Of a stretch of 64,000 nt of DNA, positions 61,288 to 64,000 are shown one piece after another. The position numbers were made by a program, and so were the translations under genes. Within the stretch, counting starts at the first letter, position 1. Each line of letters opens with the position of its first letter. The DNA comes from Myxococcota bacterium (GTDB taxonomy: Bacteria; Myxococcota_A; UBA9042; PHBI01; JAWLBL01), in the NCBI GenBank assembly GCA_041687695.1, contig JAWLBL010000014.1, forward strand, positions 64,001 through 128,000, given 5' to 3'. Under the pieces are notes generated by a model. That model made no database searches. It saw only the letters and a program-made list of their open reading frames with translations, and was not told the origin of the DNA.

Positions 61288-63288
61288 TCACCCAAGGCCG
61301 GCGGCCGAGCCGACCTGGTAGACCAGGACGGCCATCAGCCACGCGAAGGCGGTCATGTAGACGAAGGTGAAGGTCGGCCACTTCCACGAGCGCGTCTCGC
61401 GCCGGATGGCGCCCAGGGTGGCCGCGCACTGGCTGCACAGGGCGAAGAAGACCATCAGCGCCAGCGCGACCAGCGGCGAGAACACCCGCGTGCCGTCGGG
61501 GTGCACGGCGCCGCGCAGCTTGTCGCGCAGGCCGTCGCCCTCGCCGGCGGCGCTCGCCTCGAGCGAGTCGACGTCGTAGTCGCCCGGGTCGACGTCGCCC
61601 AGGCTGTACAGGATGCCCATGGTCGGCACGATGAGCTCGCGCGCCGGGAAGGCGGCCAGGATGCCGACCGTGATGCGCCAGTCGAAGCCCGCCGGCGCGA
61701 AGACCGGCTGGATGGCCTTGCCGCCGCGGGCGAGCCAGCTCTGCTCGAGGTAGGCGGCGCGCTCGGCGGCGTCGAGCTCGGCCAGGGCCTGATCGTGGGC
61801 CGCCGTGGCGGCCTCGTCGTCGGCCTGGGGGGCCACCAGCGTGGTCCGCTGGGCCTCGTAGCGGTCGTGGATCTCGGCCGGGCGCGGGTAGTAGCTGAGC
61901 AGCCAGATGACGATGGCGGTGCCGAAGATGATGGTGCCGGCGAGCACCATGAAGTCGCGCGCGGCGCCCCAGACCTGGGCGCGGACGACCTTGAGGCTGG
62001 GGCGCTGGTAGACGGGCAGCTCCATCATGAGCAGCGAGTGCCCGCCGCGCAGCACGGTGAGCTTGAGGGCCCAGGCGACGAGCGCGGCCGTGAGGATCCC
62101 CAGCAGGTAGATGCCGAACAGGACCACGCCCGCCCAGGCGACCGGGAAGAACGCCCCGATGAGCACCACGTAGACCGGCAGGCGGGCCGAGCAGCTCATG
62201 AGCGGGGCGACCACGATGGTGGCGATGCGGTCGCGCTCGTTGTCGATGATGCGGGTCGACAGGATGCCCGGCACGGCGCAGGCGAACGAGCTGACGAGCG
62301 GGACGAAGCTGCGGCCGTTGAGGCCGACGCGGCTGAGGACGCGGTCGAGCAGGAAGGCGGCGCGCGCCATGTAGCCGCTGGCCTCGAGCAGCGACACCAG
62401 GGTCATCAGCAGGACGATCTGCGGCAGGAAGATGACGATGGAGCCGACGCCGCCGATGAGGCCGTCGACCAGGAAGCTGCGCAGGGCGCCGGGCTCGAGG
62501 GCGTCTTCGACCAGCCCGGTGAGCCAGCCCTGCCCGTCCTCGATGAGGCCCATGAAGGGGTCGGCCCCGGTGAAGATGGCCTGGAAGATGCCGAGCACCA
62601 GCAGGGCCAGGATGGGCAGGCCCCAAACGCGATGCAGCAGGACGGCGTCGAGCCGGTCGGTCAGGCCGCGGGGCGACGGCGGGACGGGCCGCAGCGCCGC
62701 CTGGGCCAGCGCGTCCGGCGTGTCGGTCAGCGCGGGCGCGGGCGGCGCGCCGGCGGCGGCGACGAGGGCCTGGCGCAGCGCGTCGATGCCGCGACAGGCC
62801 AGGGCGTTGGTCTCGACGACCGGCATGCCCAGCAGCTCGGACAGGCGCGCCGCGTCGACCGGCCGGCCCTCGCGCTCGGCGACGTCGTTCTTGTTCAGGG
62901 CGACCACGATGGGCCGGCCGAGGGTGACCAGCGCGTCGAGCAGATGCAGCTCGACCGACAGCTTGGCGGCGTCCACGACCGCGCACAGGACGTCGGGCAC
63001 CTCGCCGGCCTCGCCGCGCAGGTAACCCAGGGCCACCTCCTCGTCGCGGCTGACCGCCGACAGCGAGGCGATGCCCGGCAGATCCACGGCGCGCAGCTCG
63101 GTCGCCCCCACGCGGACGGAGCTCTCGCACCGCTCGACCGACGAGCCGGCGAAGTTGACCGGCCGCTGGGCCGAGCCGGTCAGGTGCATCAGCAGCGACG
63201 TCTTGCCGGCGTTCTGGCGGCCGGCGAGCGCGACGAGGACCCGCGCGGGCGCCGCGGGCGACTGGGGCTGCGGGGCCGAGGCGGTCAC
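61288..63288 (-). CDS. feoB: Ferrous iron transporter B
   Basis: GRQNAGKT, DLPG, NKxD, LEASGYMARAAF, SFACAVPG, MSCSARLP, MELPVY, QCAAT. Confidence 0.95.
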   Translation of the reverse strand: MTASAPQPQSPAAPARVLVALAGRQNAGKTSLLMHLTGSAQRPVNFAGSSVERCESSVRVGATELRAVDLPGIASLSAVSRDEEVALGYLRGEAGEVPDVLCAVVDAAKLSVELHLLDALVTLGRPIVVALNKNDVAEREGRPVDAARLSELLGMPVVETNALACRGIDALRQALVAAAGAPPAPALTDTPDALAQAALRPVPPSPRGLTDRLDAVLLHRVWGLPILALLVLGIFQAIFTGADPFMGLIEDGQGWLTGLVEDALEPGALRSFLVDGLIGGVGSIVIFLPQIVLLMTLVSLLEASGYMARAAFLLDRVLSRVGLNGRSFVPLVSSFACAVPGILSTRIIDNERDRIATIVVAPLMSCSARLPVYVVLIGAFFPVAWAGVVLFGIYLLGILTAALVAWALKLTVLRGGHSLLMMELPVYQRPSLKVVRAQVWGAARDFMVLAGTIIFGTAIVIWLLSYYPRPAEIHDRYEAQRTTLVAPQADDEAATAAHDQALAELDAAERAAYLEQSWLARGGKAIQPVFAPAGFDWRITVGILAAFPARELIVPTMGILYSLGDVDPGDYDVDSLEASAAGEGDGLRDKLRGAVHPDGTRVFSPLVALALMVFFALCSQCAATLGAIRRETRSWKWPTFTFVYMTAFAWLMAVLVYQVGSAAGLG

Positions 63289-63560
63289 GCTGCGGCCGCC
63301 GGGGCGCTCGGGGTGGCGACCACGACGCGGGCGGCCTCGTCGCGCCGGAGGGCCAGCCGGAAGCCACGCAGGGCGTACTGGGTCGGGTCGCCGAAGGGCG
63401 CCCGGCGCACGACGACCACCTCGGTCCCCGGCCACAGGCCGAGATCCGTCAGGCGTTTGGCCACCACGTCGTCCCCCTGCACGCGCACCACGCGGCCGGT
63501 GGCGCCCGGCGCGAGGCGCTCGAGGGTGGTTTCTTGCGCGGTCTGGTTCGGATCGGACAT
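63285..63560 (-). CDS. feoA: Ferrous iron transport protein A
   Basis: RLTDLGLWPG, RAPFGDP, LALRRDEA. Confidence 0.95.
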   Translation of the reverse strand: MSDPNQTAQETTLERLAPGATGRVVRVQGDDVVAKRLTDLGLWPGTEVVVVRRAPFGDPTQYALRGFRLALRRDEAARVVVATPSAPAAAA

Positions 63561-63601
63561 GAGCCCCTCGAAGCGTCCTGCGTGAGTCCAGCCGACTTCT
63601 T

Positions 63602-63620
63602 AGTGAGAACGGTTTTCGAA
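63602..63620. promoter_or_regulatory. Putative Fur box upstream of feoA
   Basis: AGTGAGAACGGTTTTCGAA, an imperfect dyad resembling the deltaproteobacterial Fur motif TGAAAATnATTTTCA; AT-rich island. Confidence 0.55.
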
Positions 63621-63681
63621 AAGCAAGCCCGGAGCAAGGGCATTCCCCCGATTCCCGGAATTCGACCGAGCGCGGGCGGGG

Positions 63682-64000
63682 TCAGCGCCAGTCGCGCGGC
63701 TCGCGCAGCACCTCGAGCAGGCGCGCCTCGGGGGTCCCGGGCGACGGCTCGATGGCGTAGTCCCAGCGGACGAGCGGCGGCAGCGACATCAGGATGGACT
63801 CGATGCGGCCCTCGGTCTTGAGGCCGAAGAGGGTCCCGCGATCGTAGACCAGGTTGAACTCGACGTAGCGCCCGCGCCGCTGCAGCTGCCAGGTGCGCAG
63901 CGGCTCGCCCCAGGGCGTGTCGACGCGCCGCTCGACGATGGGCGCGTAGGCCGGCAGGAAGCTGTCGCCGACGTCGCTCCAGAAGGCGAACAGGCTCTCG
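63682..64000 (-). CDS. hemF: Oxygen-dependent coproporphyrinogen III oxidase, C-terminal part
   Basis: Manual translation: [43 protein letters not shown]. Confidence 0.95.
   Translation of the reverse strand, partial: ESLFAFWSDVGDSFLPAYAPIVERRVDTPWGEPLRTWQLQRRGRYVEFNLVYDRGTLFGLKTEGRIESILMSLPPLVRWDYAIEPSPGTPEARLLEVLREPRDWR

Overview
Very GC-rich chromosomal window from a Myxococcota-like (myxobacterial/deltaproteobacterial) genome, inferred from the Cys-rich lipoproteins, PEGA-type Ser/Thr kinase, PilZ protein and GKAD-motif lipoprotein. It holds about 51 genes. Main loci: a partial lytic transglycosylase, a DUF3618/YqjE-like stress cluster, nrfHA (CxxCH-type NrfA), a HAD 5'-nucleotidase, an S9 peptidase, a TolC plus MacAB/LolCDE-like exporter, LysR-YceI, SrkA, a Ser/Thr kinase divergent from a ~1,880-aa Cys/Gly-rich surface protein, three SurA-N/DsbA paralogues, a TetR-MMPL-LolA-like-beta-barrel operon, a penicillin-acylase-family lipoprotein, an acyl-CoA dehydrogenase, tolB, feoAB and partial hemF. 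I saw no rRNA, tRNA, CRISPR-cas, integrase or transposase. Non-coding structure: a 12 x 22-bp hairpin-forming tandem array (8334-8597); three related (GGCCAC)n arrays, one inside a ~400-bp segment flanked by a duplicated gene end; four terminator hairpins that share a GTTTCGAAG tail; and putative TetR, LysR, sigma54 and Fur sites. The best candidate for an undescribed system is the MMPL/LolA-like/outer-membrane-barrel lipid shuttle, whose inner- and outer-membrane components carry matching acidic-aromatic (DDAF/WGDE) segments. All product calls come from motif recognition by eye, and some start codons are uncertain.
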